Shown: positions 26,603 through 40,269, counted from the stretch's first letter. The stretch: 64,000 bases of DNA from the human T2T-CHM13v2.0 reference genome, Homo sapiens (GCF_009914755.1 NC_060936.1); one strand, 5' to 3'. The notes: generated by a model not told the origin, from the letters alone. Program-made: numbers and translations.

Positions 26603-26997
26603 GAAAGGCTGCTCTCTAATCATACAGCCCTGGAACAAATCCCCCTCTGTCACCTACTGACTGTGCCCCTGTGGGCAAGTGAATTCACTTCTCCAGGCCT
26701 TAGTTTCTTCATCTGTGAAATGGGGAGAATGCTGCCTATGTCTCCTGGGGGGCTGTGTGTAAAGGGTACACGTGAGTGCCTGGAACCCACTGAGCACAGC
26801 ATGTACTTTTATCAGCTATTATTCGTTATGTATCCGCTCTGTGACTCCCCCATCTCCTGGAGCCTCCATTTCTTGCCTGTGCAATGGCACCAGGCGGGCC
26901 TCATATGCAGCTGAGCTCAGACCCAGCTCTGAGGCAGGCAGCTGACGAAGGCCTCCCGCCGGCTGACCAGCAAGAGGCACCCCCATCCCTCGCTCAC

Positions 26998-27191
26998 CTC
27001 TTGCCCCCTTCGCTGTGGGGGGAGCCACGGGCCGGGGCACCATGGTCCGGGGGCGGGAGGTAGAGGTCACTGGGTGGGCGGCGGAGGTCCAGGACGGGGC
27101 AGCTGGCCCCAGGGAAGGAGTAGAGGGGGGCGGGCAGGGGTGCGCTGAGCTGCTGTGGGTGGTGCCGGGTGTAGTCCTGTGTGATGACCTC
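26998..27191 (-). CDS. NCOR2: NCOR2 exon (EVITQDYTR...SEGGK), second half of CoRNR box LAQHISEVI
   Basis: AG/GT boundaries; frame continuous. Confidence 0.95.
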
Positions 27192-27708
27192 CTGCAGGCA
27201 AGTGGGGGGGCCCAGAGTCAGGCAGCACTCTCCTGACAGAACCTTCTGGGGGTGGGGAGGGGCTAGACGGAGCTCGGGGCAGAATCCTGGGTGGGGCCAG
27301 CTTCCTGGGTGACTGTGGACCTGCCCGCCACCCTCTGGGCCTCCGTGTCCCAGTGTGCATGGGAGTGGGGCTGTGGTCAGCGGTCCCAAGCTGGTAGTTG
27401 GCAGATGGCTGATGAGACCAGCCCATGACACTGAGAAACCTGGGCCACCAGGAAGGCCTCATTGCCCGTGAAGATGCCATCGGCTCGCATCACAGGCTCC
27501 TCCCATGGATTAGGGGGCGGTGATGGTGCCGGTGCTCGGGGCTTTGGGATCTCACCCTCACCCACGCCCTGGATCCCCCCAGCGCCATGCCCTGGATCCC
27601 CCAGCCACCCCGCCAGGACAGAAGGGCTGTGGGGTTCCCCATCCCCTCTCCAGGCCTGGTGCCCCCAGGTGCAAAGGTGACAAGCAGCAGCAGAGAACGC
27701 GTAGTTAC

Positions 27709-27854
27709 ACTGATGTGCTGGGCCAGGGTGACCACCCGCTGGTGACCTTTGACCCCTGGGGCGGTCTGGAGCAGCGGGCTGGACGAGGGCTGGCTCTCAG
27801 GCAGCGGCCGCAGGTGTGGGAGGTGGGCGGCCTCCCCGCCAAGCTTCACGGGGC
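27709..27854 (-). CDS. NCOR2: NCOR2 exon (GPVKLGG...RVVTLAQHIS)
   Basis: AG/GT boundaries; frame continuous. Confidence 0.95.
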
Positions 27855-28056
27855 CTGCAGGCAGAGCAGAGCTGGTCAGGGGGTGTCTGCTGGCCCCAGG
27901 GCTGCTGGGCCCAAATCCCAGCCCCATGCCTTTGAGCCTCATGATCCAGCCAATTCCTTGGCCTTTAGGCACCTCTGTTTTCCTATCTGCATGATGGGGC
28001 CTTGAGGGTCCTCACTGTGCAGGGCTTCGGGGGCCTGGGTACTGGGTGGGGCGTAC

Positions 28057-28206
28057 CTGGCTGCTTGGGCCGCAGCTCCCCCTCCAGGTGGCTCTTGTCG
28101 AGCTCTTCCAGGTGCTTGGGGAGCCCCTTGTCGTGGGTCAGACTGGGTGAGCTCACAGGGCTGACGGGCTCCACCCCTTCGGGGCTGTAGCTGCTGCCGT
28201 GGTAAC
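28057..28206 (-). CDS. NCOR2: NCOR2 exon (GYHGSSYSPEG...RPKQP)
   Basis: ccctAG acceptor and GTacgc donor; 150 nt. Confidence 0.94.
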
Positions 28207-29212
28207 CTAGGGCAGGCGGGGGGTGCAGAGTCAGGCACCGGGCCCAGGGTTTCGGAGCCCGAGGGGCAGGGCTGCCCTCCCAGCTGGCTGGGACCCCGGG
28301 GGGGTCAAGGGGAACCCAAGCTAGGGGTAGGGTTTGGGCTCCCAAAGACAGTAAGGCAGAGAGGGGTGTTGGGGAGAGACAGGGAGGCCAAGGGAGAGGT
28401 GGAGAGAGATGCAGAGCCCGGGACAGAGACAGACAGAGAGGGAGACACAGAGAGAGATTAGGCAAGAAGGGACAGAGATGGGTTCAGGTGGTGGAGGCCG
28501 GGCGAGGCCAGCGTGAGATGGGGGCAGCATGGGTCTCTGGGGAAGGAGTGTGTGGGGCGGAGTGAGAAGTGGGGGTGTGGCTGGGAGTGACCCTGGGTCC
28601 CCGGGGCCCCGCCTGGGCTATAGCCTCGGCCATCCCAGTCCAACAGAGAGGAGCCATGAACTAGGGCCAAGGCAGGGGTCCAGAGGCAGAGGGCTCCCCT
28701 TTTTCTGGGGTACAGGGGCTGGGGACAGGGCAGGATGCAAGAGCCAGACCCAGCTCCTCCTCGACAGCGCAGGTCCCTGCCCCGCCTCAGCTTCTCCTTG
28801 CACCGCCTGCCTCCACTTCCCCCAGTCCGACAGCATCCAGGCAGCCGGCAGGTGGGGGCGTAGGCCCGAGCCCTCCCGCAGCCCCATCCCTGCTCCCTGG
28901 ACACAGGCGCAAAGAGGGAGATGGGGGCGCAGTCGAAGTCAGAATCACAGATCCATTCATTAAAGAAAAAAAAGCAAAAATCCAAAAAAAAAAAACCATG
29001 GTAAAATGATGTGCAAATGATGAGCGCCCCCAAACCAGAGGGGCAGGCGCGGCCGGAGTAGTCGTCAGCGCGTGCAAACCGGCGAGGACGGATGGGCTTC
29101 AAAACAAAATACCAAAACCAACAACAAAAAAAACGGGGGCCAAAGTAAAAAGCAGAGATCTGAAAATATCTTTGGACCACGAGACGGGGTGGGTGCGGGC
29201 CGGAAGTCTTAC

Positions 29213-29326
29213 CATCGCGAGGGGAGCCGTTGGCCAGCGCACCTCCTTCTCGCGCCCCTTTATCGTGAGCAATTTGACGCATGATAATCGCGTCTATGAA
29301 GGTGGCCGCTGTCAGGGTGGTCTTAC
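29213..29326 (-). CDS. NCOR2: NCOR2 alternative 114-nt exon extension encoding a third CoRNR box (KTTLTAATFIDAIIMRQIAHDK...)
   Basis: Second donor G|GTAAGA at 29213; in frame with no stop; IDAIIMRQI matches the I/LxxI/VI CoRNR consensus. Confidence 0.85.
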
Positions 29327-29754
29327 CCAGAGAACGGAGTTCCAGTTCCTGGATGGAAAAGGGTTTACTTTGAGTCTTTTCCCGGTGCGGGTCCGAGGCC
29401 GAGGCAGGTGGCGCCGGCGGGTCCGGGCTGGCGTGGTGAGGTGCGAGGTTCTTCGCAGGGGTGCGGGCGATGGTGGCGTGGCCAGAGACAGGAGGCACTA
29501 GGGGCCGGGGCTCCGAGCCCTTGCTGGGGGAGGAGGCGGGCTCCAGCCCGGAGCGGGCTGGGGGCTTGGCGAGGAAGGCATGGCCGGTGTCTGCTCGGGG
29601 CCGCTCTGGCCGGGCGACCCGGGGGGCCTCCTTGGGCAGCAAGACGGGCTCCATGAGGGTAGGGTAGACCCCATCGAGGGTGCCGCCCAGTGGGCAGTGG
29701 GTGGCAGGTGGGAATGTGGCAGCCGGGCGAACGGGTGAGGAGGTGGAGGTGGAC
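29327..29754 (-). CDS. NCOR2: NCOR2 428-nt exon (STSTSSPVRP...ELELRSL)
   Basis: ccccAG acceptor and GTaaga donor. Confidence 0.95.
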
Positions 29755-29816
29755 CTGGGGGAGGAGAGAAGGCGGTCAGGCAGTCATGGGAGCTGCCCTC
29801 TTCCTCCACCACCCTC
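29755..29816 (-). ncRNA. MIR6880: miR-6880 precursor (5'-tailed mirtron-like hairpin ending at the NCOR2 3' splice site)
   Basis: 5p arm UGGUGGAGGAAGAGGGCAGCUC (29811-29790) can pair with 3p arm CCGCCUUCUCUCCUCCCCCAG (29775-29755), which ends at the acceptor AG. Name is from recall. Confidence 0.8.
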
Positions 29817-30786
29817 GATGAGTCCCCATTGCCCTGGGATAAATCCACATCCCCTGCTGCTCCCAGAGTGAAACTGCCCTCCTGACTGTAACCTGCCAGA
29901 CTCTGTGCGTCATGGTTTGACCCATCCCACTCATTCGTTCATTCATTCCTTGCATCATTCCAAAACTTCTGATTAAGCAGCTACTAGGTGCCAGGCACTG
30001 TTCTAGACACTGTGAATACAGCGGTCATAAAACGGATGCAAGCATCTTACCATCTAATTCAGAAAACAGACTACGATCACATTAACAGATATCCCAAGCT
30101 CTACAGAGCCTGGTAACTGTGTGGAGGTAGTCAATGAGGTACCAGGAGAGAACGGCAAGGAAGCTGAGGCAGGGCTAGGAGGTCTTCAGGGAGGGGGCAC
30201 ATGAGGGAGCTGGGCCTGCTCAGGATACCCGAAGAGCTAAAAAAGCCACGTGAGGAGTGAGAGAGCAAGGGGAAGGATGCCAGGGGGCGGCCAGGGTGGG
30301 CGTTGAGAACAGAGAAAGCTGCTGTTCCCAGCTCTGTGAGTGAGAAGCTGGGGCACAGCTGCCCCTGCACAGGGCTGGGGCTGGAACAGGAGCCGGCTGC
30401 TCCACCCACGTGGCCTTCCCGGAGCCCTGCGTTTCCATGGGGGCACCCCCATCTCTCGCTAACTCTACCTCCCAGAGCCTCATTCATGAGCGGGCAGTGG
30501 GCAGGCACTCGTTTTCTCCATTATATTTTTGAATCGGCTGTCACGGGCATATCCCACAGAGCCTGTGTGCGGAACCCTGCTCCCCACAGCCAGGGATTAG
30601 TGCTTCATGCACCTGCTGGGTCTGAGTCAGGGGTGACAAAGTCGCCACTGCTTTTGGGAAACGATGCCATTTTTCATAATTGAAATAATGATTAGGGGAG
30701 GTATGACTTCAGGCATCCAAGCGGCAAGTTGGGGCACAAGTACTTTTTTGAATGAAAATTCATTTTGGAGGAGTAAGTTGCCTCTA

Positions 30787-31098
<312 letters not shown>

Positions 31099-31379
31099 GG
31101 TTCCGGGCAGGGAAGGGTGTTGAGGTGTGACCCCACCCCCCTGGTGAAGCAGCTCTGCCCACAGTCTCTGGAGTGTGTGTCACCAGAGGGCACTCAGGGG
31201 CCTCTCCCATCTCAGAGAAACTTGGGACTTTGTCCAGGCAAGAGGGACACCTCTTTTCCTTGCTGGCCTTGCTAAATGTGGGGGACCGGGAAAGTCTTTC
31301 CTCACAGTCCCCATTCAGTCTCTCCCTCTCCACAGATTCTATTCTCAAACCAAACAACCTCCCCATCTACTCATCCCAC

Positions 31380-32410
31380 CGCCCAACTCATCGTCCATCC
31401 ACTGGGGCCTCCATCCACTCATCCCCACAATTACTCATCCAACCATCCATTCCATCATCCACCTAACCCTACCACCCACCCATCCACCCACCCACCCAGC
31501 TAACCCAGCCATCTATACTCTCACCCACCCACCTACCTCCCTAACCCTACCACCCACCCATCCACCCACCCAGCTAAGCCAGCGTCTATACTCTCACCCA
31601 CCCACCTACCTACCTAACTCAGCCACCCACCCATCCATCCATCCACATGGCTAATCTGGCCATCTATCCTTCCTCCCACCTACCTACCTACTTAACCCAA
31701 CCACCCACCCATCCATCCATCCACCCAGTTAACCCAGCCATCTATCCTCTTACCCACCCATCTACCTACCTAACCCGATCTACCTACCACCCACCCACCC
31801 ACCCACCCAGCTAAGCCAGTCATCTATCCTCTCACCCACCCACCTACCTACCTAACCCAACCACCTGCCCATCCATCCATCCATCCATCCATCCATCCAT
31901 CCATCCGGCTAACTCAGTCATTTATCCTCTTAGCCACCTACCTACCTACCTACCTACCTACCTACCTACCTACCACCCACCCACCCACACAGCTAACTTG
32001 GCCATCTATCCTTTTGCCCATCTACTTACCTACCTAACGTGACCACCCACCCATCCATCCACCCAGCTAACCCAGCTATCTATCCTCTCACCCACCCACC
32101 TACCTACCTAACCCTATCACCCACCCATCCATCCATCCACCCACCCAGCTAACCTAACCATCTATCCTCCCACTGACCCACCCACCCACCTAACCCGACC
32201 ACCCCCCCATCCATCCATCCATCCACCCACGCAGCTAACCTAACTTCCCACTGACCCACACACCCACCTAACCCGACCACCCACCCATCCACTACTCACA
32301 CATAGTCTATTCTTCTACCCCGACACATCTGCCCACCCACCCACCTCCCATATACCTCCCACCAAGCATCCTCTTATCTGCTCATCCTCCTACTGACCAC
32401 CCATCCACCT
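31380..32410. repeat. Compound (CCAT)/(CCAC)/(CCTA)n repeat with a recurring ~70-bp superunit
   Basis: cagctaacccagccatctatcctctcaccc recurs with variation. Confidence 0.93.
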
Positions 32411-32443
32411 GCCCGCCCCCTCCCCCATGCCAACCTGGCCCAC

Positions 32444-32651
32444 CTCAGGACCGTGGGCGTGCTGGGCTCCACAGCGGTGATGATACCCTTCATGCCTGTG
32501 TTGTGAAGCACACTGGGTCTCTGCTGGAGGGCATCCTGGGTCCGAGGGGAGATGGGCGAGTGCTGGTGGGCATGGGAGTGGGAGGCGGGGCGGCTGCTGC
32601 TGCCCCCACCCCCGCCGCTGCTGCCGCTGCTGCCGCTGCTCTGCTCTGTAC
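32444..32651 (-). CDS. NCOR2: NCOR2 exon (GTEQSSGSSGSSGGGGG...TPTVL)
   Basis: AG/GT boundaries; 208 nt. Confidence 0.94.
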
Positions 32652-32740
32652 CTGGTGACAGTCAGTGGCATCAGCAGGGGGAGGCCTCTTGCGGCCCACA
32701 AGGAGTCCCGGAGCGGGGGGTGGGGGCTCTGATGCCCTAC

Positions 32741-32890
32741 CAGGTCTCCAGATGGGTGCGTGCTCCACCGTCGTGGTGGACGTGAGGATGGACTTTTCCC
32801 GCTCCCGATCCCGGTCCCGCTCTCGATCCCGGTCTCGCTCCCGCTCGGACGAGGACGTGGTGGTTGGTTTTGTCAAGTGTGTTGGACCTC
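32741..32890 (-). CDS. NCOR2: NCOR2 exon (GGPTHLTKP...ERERDRDRERDRDRERE...PIWRP)
   Basis: AG/GT boundaries; RD/RE dipeptide repeat. Confidence 0.95.
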
Positions 32891-33048
32891 CTAGGAAACC
32901 CAAAGGCCAGAGACTCAGCCCCAGGGCCGAAGAAGAGCCTGGCTTTGTCTTCTGGGGTGGGAAAGAGAGCAGGGCTTCTGCCCGCCCATCCCCCAGCCGC
33001 CTCCCATGGATGCCGGGGTCCCCACCCCAGACTGGGCAGTGGCGCTAC

Positions 33049-33198
33049 CTGGGGAGAGTGGGGAGCTGCTGTGGCGGCTGCTGAAGGGCTGGGGCGCGGT
33101 GGGGAGGTAGGCAAGGCGGTCCATGGCGGTGGCTGGGGTGCCTGGTGTCGGGGGCACGAGCACAGGCAGGTGTGGCACTTGGGACAGGTCGATGATGC
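33049..33198 (-). CDS. NCOR2: NCOR2 exon (GIIDLSQVPH...SSPLSP)
   Basis: AG/GT boundaries; 150 nt. Confidence 0.95.
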
Positions 33199-33690
33199 CT
33201 GCGGGAGGTGTTGGGCCAGGGCTGTAGCCACAGGGAGGAGAGAGGCCAGGCTGCCCACCGGCCAGATCACCCTCCTGGAGAGCACGGCACACACTCCTGG
33301 AGCCAGCAGAGCTGGTGGCAGGCACTCCCTCCTCGGCTCCCAGCACCGGCCATGGAACCCTTTTCTGAATGCTCAGGTTCTCTCGGTACCACCTCCTCTT
33401 CTGCTCCCAAGCCCGAGCCGGGGCATCTCCTGCAGCTGCCCTCACTGGTTCCCATCTCAGGCCCTCTGTGCCCCTTCAGCCTCTGACGCCTATACAATCC
33501 ATTCCCTGTATTCAATCCTCACTGTTCAAAATACTTAAGTGTGACTTCAGCTTTTCCAGCTGAGCCCCAGCTAGAACTTGGTTATTCCAGAAGCATTTCT
33601 GAGGATGGCCCTGGAACGTGTGCACGCAAAGCAGCTGTGGGCTGTTTACAAGGCAAAGGAACAAACTCCAAACAGCCTCACATTTTCATC

Positions 33691-33983
33691 TTTTTTTTTT
33701 TTTCGAGACACAGTCTTGCCCTGTTGCCCAGGCTGGAGTGCAATGGTAAAATCTCCACTCACTGTAACCTCCACCTCCTGGGTTCAAGTGATTCTCTTGC
33801 CTCAGCCTAGTGAGTAGCTGGGACCACAGGTGCGCATCACCATGCCTGGCTAATTTTTGTATTTTTAGGAGAGACGGGTTTCACCATGTTGGTCAGACTG
33901 GTCTCGAACTTCTGACCTTGTTATCCACCTGCCTCGCCCTCCCCAAGTGCTGGGATTACAGGCATGAGCCACTGTGCCCGGCC
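33691..33983 (-). mobile_element. Alu
   Basis: Alu consensus. Confidence 0.92.
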
Positions 33984-34269
33984 ACATTTTGATCTTTAAA
34001 CTCCTGAGGCCCCTGTATCCTAAGAGTATACACAGATGCACGCACACCCACTGAGGATGCAGCCAGGAGCCACACGCTGTGCACTCACCTACCAGATGCC
34101 AACCAGCACCCACAGCACGCACAACCCCAGGCCACCCACTCAGGTCCGTTCACACAAGGTGACCCACAAGGTGACCAGGTCTAGCTGCCTCCGCGAGGCC
34201 ACAGGGGCACGCCCATGTCCTTTGGGAATAAGGCCAAACCCAGCGGAGGTGGTCTGCCCACCCACTCAC

Positions 34270-34521
34270 CTCGGGGACCCGCAGCGTAGTTGAGTGCCAG
34301 CGAGGACTCGCGGGGCGAGAGGCCCCTCAGCATATCAGCTCGCTGGGCCATGGCGGTGGCCGCGTTGTGGTGCATCTGCTGCGAGGTGATGTAGTCATTG
34401 ATGATGGTCTGCCGGTTCTCCAGCGCCGCCGTGTCGGGGTAGCCGCGGATGAGGTAGGGTGGGTACAGGTGCGGGTAGGTGGGGTTGGGGGCCAGGTGTC
34501 GGGGCAGGTAGTAGGCAGCGG
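34270..34521 (-). CDS. NCOR2: NCOR2 exon (AAAYYLPRH...AAGPR)
   Basis: AG/GT boundaries; 252 nt. Confidence 0.95.
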
Positions 34522-34796
34522 CTGCGGGGCAGAGGGGAGCTCATGTGAGGCCAGCCATACCTAGGCCTGATGGTGTCGCTCCACCTGTCTGGATGCCCCC
34601 TACTTCTGCACCCGGACAGCTTCTCCCACCTACATGTGTGGCTGCCCAAAGCACAAACCAGAACTGAGCGTCGGACAGCAGGAAAACATCACGCCAGGAC
34701 ACAAGAGGGTGACTTCTACGAAGGATGCTTTTTGCATCAAAGTTGTCCCAAACATAGGACATCCCAATGCAGATTAACACTCCAAAGGGATGCAAC

Positions 34797-35113
<317 letters not shown>

Positions 35114-35451
35114 AACTTTTAAAAAAGACTTTCAGATCATGTCTATTTGAAAAATGCATATACTCAAGTCCTCATTCTATACCTTTGCATTGCTAAAGGC
35201 ACTGATAAGTCCTGCCGGAAAAGAAAACCACTGAAATGTTTAACCCCACATGTCCTGCAAACTACTAAGAGAAATTCTGCTCCAACCTAAGCTCATGATT
35301 ACACTGTTGGGTCTTCCAATCCCGAGGCCTCAGTTTCGCCATCCAGGGGAACCTGACAGTTGATGCCTAAGGAGTCCCTGAGCGAACACTGATGAGGTCC
35401 GTGGCCCTGTTCAGCACCACTGCAGGGTTCTGGGAGCCCCAGGGCAATCAC

Positions 35452-35673
35452 CTGCGTCCAGAGGGATGCCGCGGGGTATGGAGGTGGGGTCGAAGGCCAG
35501 GGGGATGTGGCTGCGATACAGGTCCACGCCACTCACGCCCCGAAGCAGGTGCTCATAGGGCGAGATGGGGTGTGGGTGGTGCTCGGGCACGGTGCTGTGC
35601 GGGGACTTGGCGATCTCACGAGGCGTCGACGTCAGCTTTCGGTCCTGGGATGCCTTGCTGGACGAAAGGCTGC
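35452..35673 (-). CDS. NCOR2: NCOR2 exon (GSLSSSKAS...GIPLDA)
   Basis: AG/GT boundaries; 222 nt. Confidence 0.95.
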
Positions 35674-36021
35674 CTGTGGACGGGCAAGGTGGATGCATCG
35701 GGCCTCTGGGGCTGGCATTTACGGGGAGTTGTTTGAGGATAGGGACCTCGGGATCCCAAGGACCAGGTCTCTTCATTCACTCCTTCATTTCTTCATTGCC
35801 TTAGTTCACTTTTTGCTCACTGACTCATTTGCTTTTGTGTTATAGTTTTTAAAAAATTCATTCTTTCATCCATTCACTCACTCAATCAATTAAAAAATAT
35901 TGATGCAGCCTCTACTACGTGGCAAGCATTGTTGTGAGAACTGGGGTCACCCCAGTGAATGAAACAGAAATCCCAGCCCTCACAAGCTGACATTCAATGC
36001 GAGAGACAGGTGATAAACTAG

Positions 36022-36372
<351 letters not shown>

Positions 36373-37041
36373 GGAAGACAATTTTAAAATGTCACAGCAT
36401 GTGATATGAACTGGAGATAGGGGGTCTGGTTAGAAGCCTCCCCAAGGATGTAATATGTAAACAAAGACCTGAGGGATGGAAAGAAACCCACTAAGTAAAG
36501 ATCTGGAAGGCGGGGACATGGCAGGCAGAGAGGAGGAGCCACGCAAAGGCCCCCAGCAAAGACTGAATTGACCGAGCTAAGCATGGCCAGGGAACAAAGA
36601 GAAAGAGGGCCCAGGGGCTGGGGCTGGGGAGGACGAAGGAATCCGGCTGAATGAGAGGCAGGCAGGGCCCCAACAGGCAGGCGCCCCAAGGCCATAGCAA
36701 AATGTGTGAAGTTGCTAGAAGGATGAAAGCAGGGAAGTGGAATAATATGATTTGCATTTTTAGAAAGTATCCGGGTAGCTGTTTGCAGAGTGGATTACAG
36801 CAGGAAGAGGGAGGGGCGTGGGGGAAGCTAGGTGAGACACCACGGTGGTCTGGGAGGTGGCAAGGAGTTGGACAGGGTTTGGAATCGGAGGCAGAGCCCA
36901 CGGGCCTGCAGGTGGTTTGGATGTGGTGGAAAGCGGGTGGCGAGGATATCCCAGGTGCAAACTAAGCTAATGGTGGATGGGGAGGCACAGCTTCTCCAGA
37001 CAGGCGCCCACCCCACTCACGCCCATGCACACCCCACTCAC

Positions 37042-37396
37042 CCTCCTGCAGGCGCGGCGTGGGCTCCCGCGTGGTCACGGGCGAACCTCGTGGGAGGTGG
37101 CCGGCAAAGGGTGCCCCGTGGTCCTCATAGGTTAGGGGGCTCTGCCGCGGCTTGCCCAGCTCAGGCACAATGACCGGGGCGCCGCGCGCAATGGAGCCCC
37201 CCGAGCTGCTGGCGGTCCCTGGCCGGCTCTTCAGGCTCTCCTCGTAGCAGGCACGTTCCAGTGCCCGGGCGTCGGCCATCACATCCAGCGGGTGCACGGG
37301 TGGGAACGTCCGGCCGGGGCTGCCGATGAGGGAGCGTACGTCGTGCTTTTTGGAGCCAGTGGTGGACGCGCCGGTGTCGTACTTGAGCGGGGTGCC
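37042..37396 (-). CDS. NCOR2: NCOR2 exon (GTPLKYDTG...TPRLQE)
   Basis: AG/GT boundaries; 355 nt. Confidence 0.95.
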
Positions 37397-39008
37397 CTGG
37401 GGCAGAGGGGATGTAAGCTCTAGCCCTGGCCACAGCCATAGCCCAGACCAGCTGCATCCCCCTTCTGAGCCTCAAAAAGTTTGTCATCTATAAGATGGAA
37501 GTGACATCTGATGCCTCCAGAGGCAGGGAGACAGAGGGCTTTGCTAACCCTGAGATGGCACACTTGTTACTTACTGCCCTGCGCACCCTGGGCCTGACCC
37601 TGGTCCCCACGCTCCCTGGGGGGACTGCAGAAAGGGGTAAAAAGTTCAACAGTCAACTCTCCCTGCCGCGAGTGGTGGGCTCTCTGATGGTCCCTGGAGT
37701 TTGCGAGAAAGAAGCCCAACACCCTCATGTGGGTAAAAAACATTCCTCTGTTCAGCCTGGGACCCTCCATGGCCCACCCAATGCCAAGCAGAAAAAGTCA
37801 GCACCCAGACCCAATACTACCCGCCCTGAGGCTTTCAGCCCCAGGGACACTGAGGTCAGGGCTGAGGTGTTTGCCCTCCAGACAGAAAGGATGGTGAGGA
37901 AATGGGGGGGTCACAGTCCAGACTGGGACCTTCGTAGCCAGGCCACCAGGTCCCCTGCCTCTTTTCAGCAGGCTTCGGAGACACTTGATATGGTGGGACT
38001 TTAGGGCTTTGCAAGCAACAAAACTCTATTTAGGGATGTCTTCATTACTGTCGTAAGAAGGGGAACTGCCCTTGTTTTTCAAAAGAATATTCTAGAATCT
38101 GGACCCTGTCTTGGTCATGCGGTGGATGCTTCCAAGGACTCCATAATTGCCTAGGGGCTGAGAGCCAAACCCTTCCCCTGGCAATCAGGGATCTTACTGC
38201 TTCTGCCTTCTCCCTGGCTTCAAAACCTTCCTACAAGCTGGAACCCCTCCCGGGACACCCACCCCAGTCCTTCCGCCTCACAGCCCCACAGCCCCGTGGT
38301 GGCTCCCATTCTCCTTCCCCTTCACAAGAGGCCACCTCTGCCCATGTGGAAGGACAGTGGCCTTCAGGGGCTTTCCACCGAACAGCTCCTCGTCCTCGTA
38401 CCATCGGCACGGAACTTCCCCTACTGAGCTGGGGCCGCCTGGGGGGACTGGGGCCTCTTGTGGTGCAACCTGCTGGTGGGTGCAGTGGATGCTGCGGCTG
38501 TAGGAACATCTGAATTTGGGTTTCACAACTGCATTTGCTGCGTGACTCTGGGTGAGTCGTTGAACCTCTCTGAACCTCAATTTACTCAGCAATAAAATAA
38601 GGTCATTAAGAAAACGACCTCAGAGCATTGCTAGGGGGTGAAACAATGAACGCATGCAACATCCTCAGGCCGCACCTGGACCCTCACAAAGATTCAACGG
38701 AGGCAGTTACTCGTCACTATGTTTAGTCCTGTGGCCTTGGAAGCCTGCCTGGCCTCTCTGGGCCTCAGTTTCCCTCCCTGAAGAATGGGAACAATGTGAG
38801 TTCAGTAGAATCAGGTCAGGAGCCTGGTGCCCCCTGCGCAGCCCTGGAACACGCACAGCTGAGGCCCGGTGATGAGCAGCTGGGTGACTGTAAGGTACGC
38901 GAGGGCTCTCAGCCTCGGTTTCCCCATGTGGAGAGGCCCAGGGCAGTGCCCCACAGCCACCGCCACCCCTCCTAGAACTGGGCCCGTGTGCCTGGCCCTG
39001 GGCCATAC

Positions 39009-39295
39009 CTGCGTGATGGAGCCCTCCTTGAGCGGCCGCGGGGCCAGGGGCAGCTCGGGCGTGTGCCGCAGCTCCTCGCGCGGGATCTCATGGATGGAGC
39101 GGCCCGCCTCCTTCACCGTGGCCACCAGGCCCTCATGGGCCGGCTTCAGCTTCAGGGGGCCCAGGGCCTGCGTCTTGTAGGCCTCGGTCAGGTCCCGTGA
39201 GGGCGGTGGGGGCGGAGGCGTGCCCTCCCGCTTTAGGAGCTTGGCCTCCCGACGCAGGTAGTCCTCCTGTGCCTCCACGTAGGACCGAGGGATCC
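39009..39295 (-). CDS. NCOR2: NCOR2 exon with the BCL6-BTB-binding domain LVATVKEAGRSIHEIPR and a GSI motif
   Basis: AG/GT boundaries; 287 nt; recognised SMRT BBD peptide. Confidence 0.96.
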
Positions 39296-39515
39296 CTGCC
39301 GGGCCGACAGCACTGACCCTCACGCCCCGCCCCACCCAGACCCATCAAGAGCCTCCACACCAGTGGGTTCTGGAGCTAGTCTGCCTGAGTTCAAATCCCC
39401 ACTTGCTGTGTGACCTTGACCAGGAAATCTGACCTCTCTGGGCCTCAGCTTCTTCACACATAAAACAAGAATATTAACTGAACCACCTCAGCAAATCGGG
39501 AACACTATGAAATCA

Positions 39516-40130
<615 letters not shown>

Positions 40131-40269
40131 TCATGTACATGTGTGCTGCAGGCCTTTCTGCATACTTGTCCTGAGTTCCCACCACACTCTGGCTGTGTCT
40201 CTCCCTCCCGCGCCCTGCGTGACTGTACACCCGTTGGGGGCAACGAGGGAGCAGGGAACAGGGCAGTAC

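Noticed and set aside
26034-26914. His/Thr- and Cys/Val-rich ORFs (also 50108-51099)
   Set aside because: Translations of dinucleotide repeats.
28458-29654. 398-aa ORF as an independent gene
   Set aside because: It is the NCOR2 exon plus read-through into the intron.
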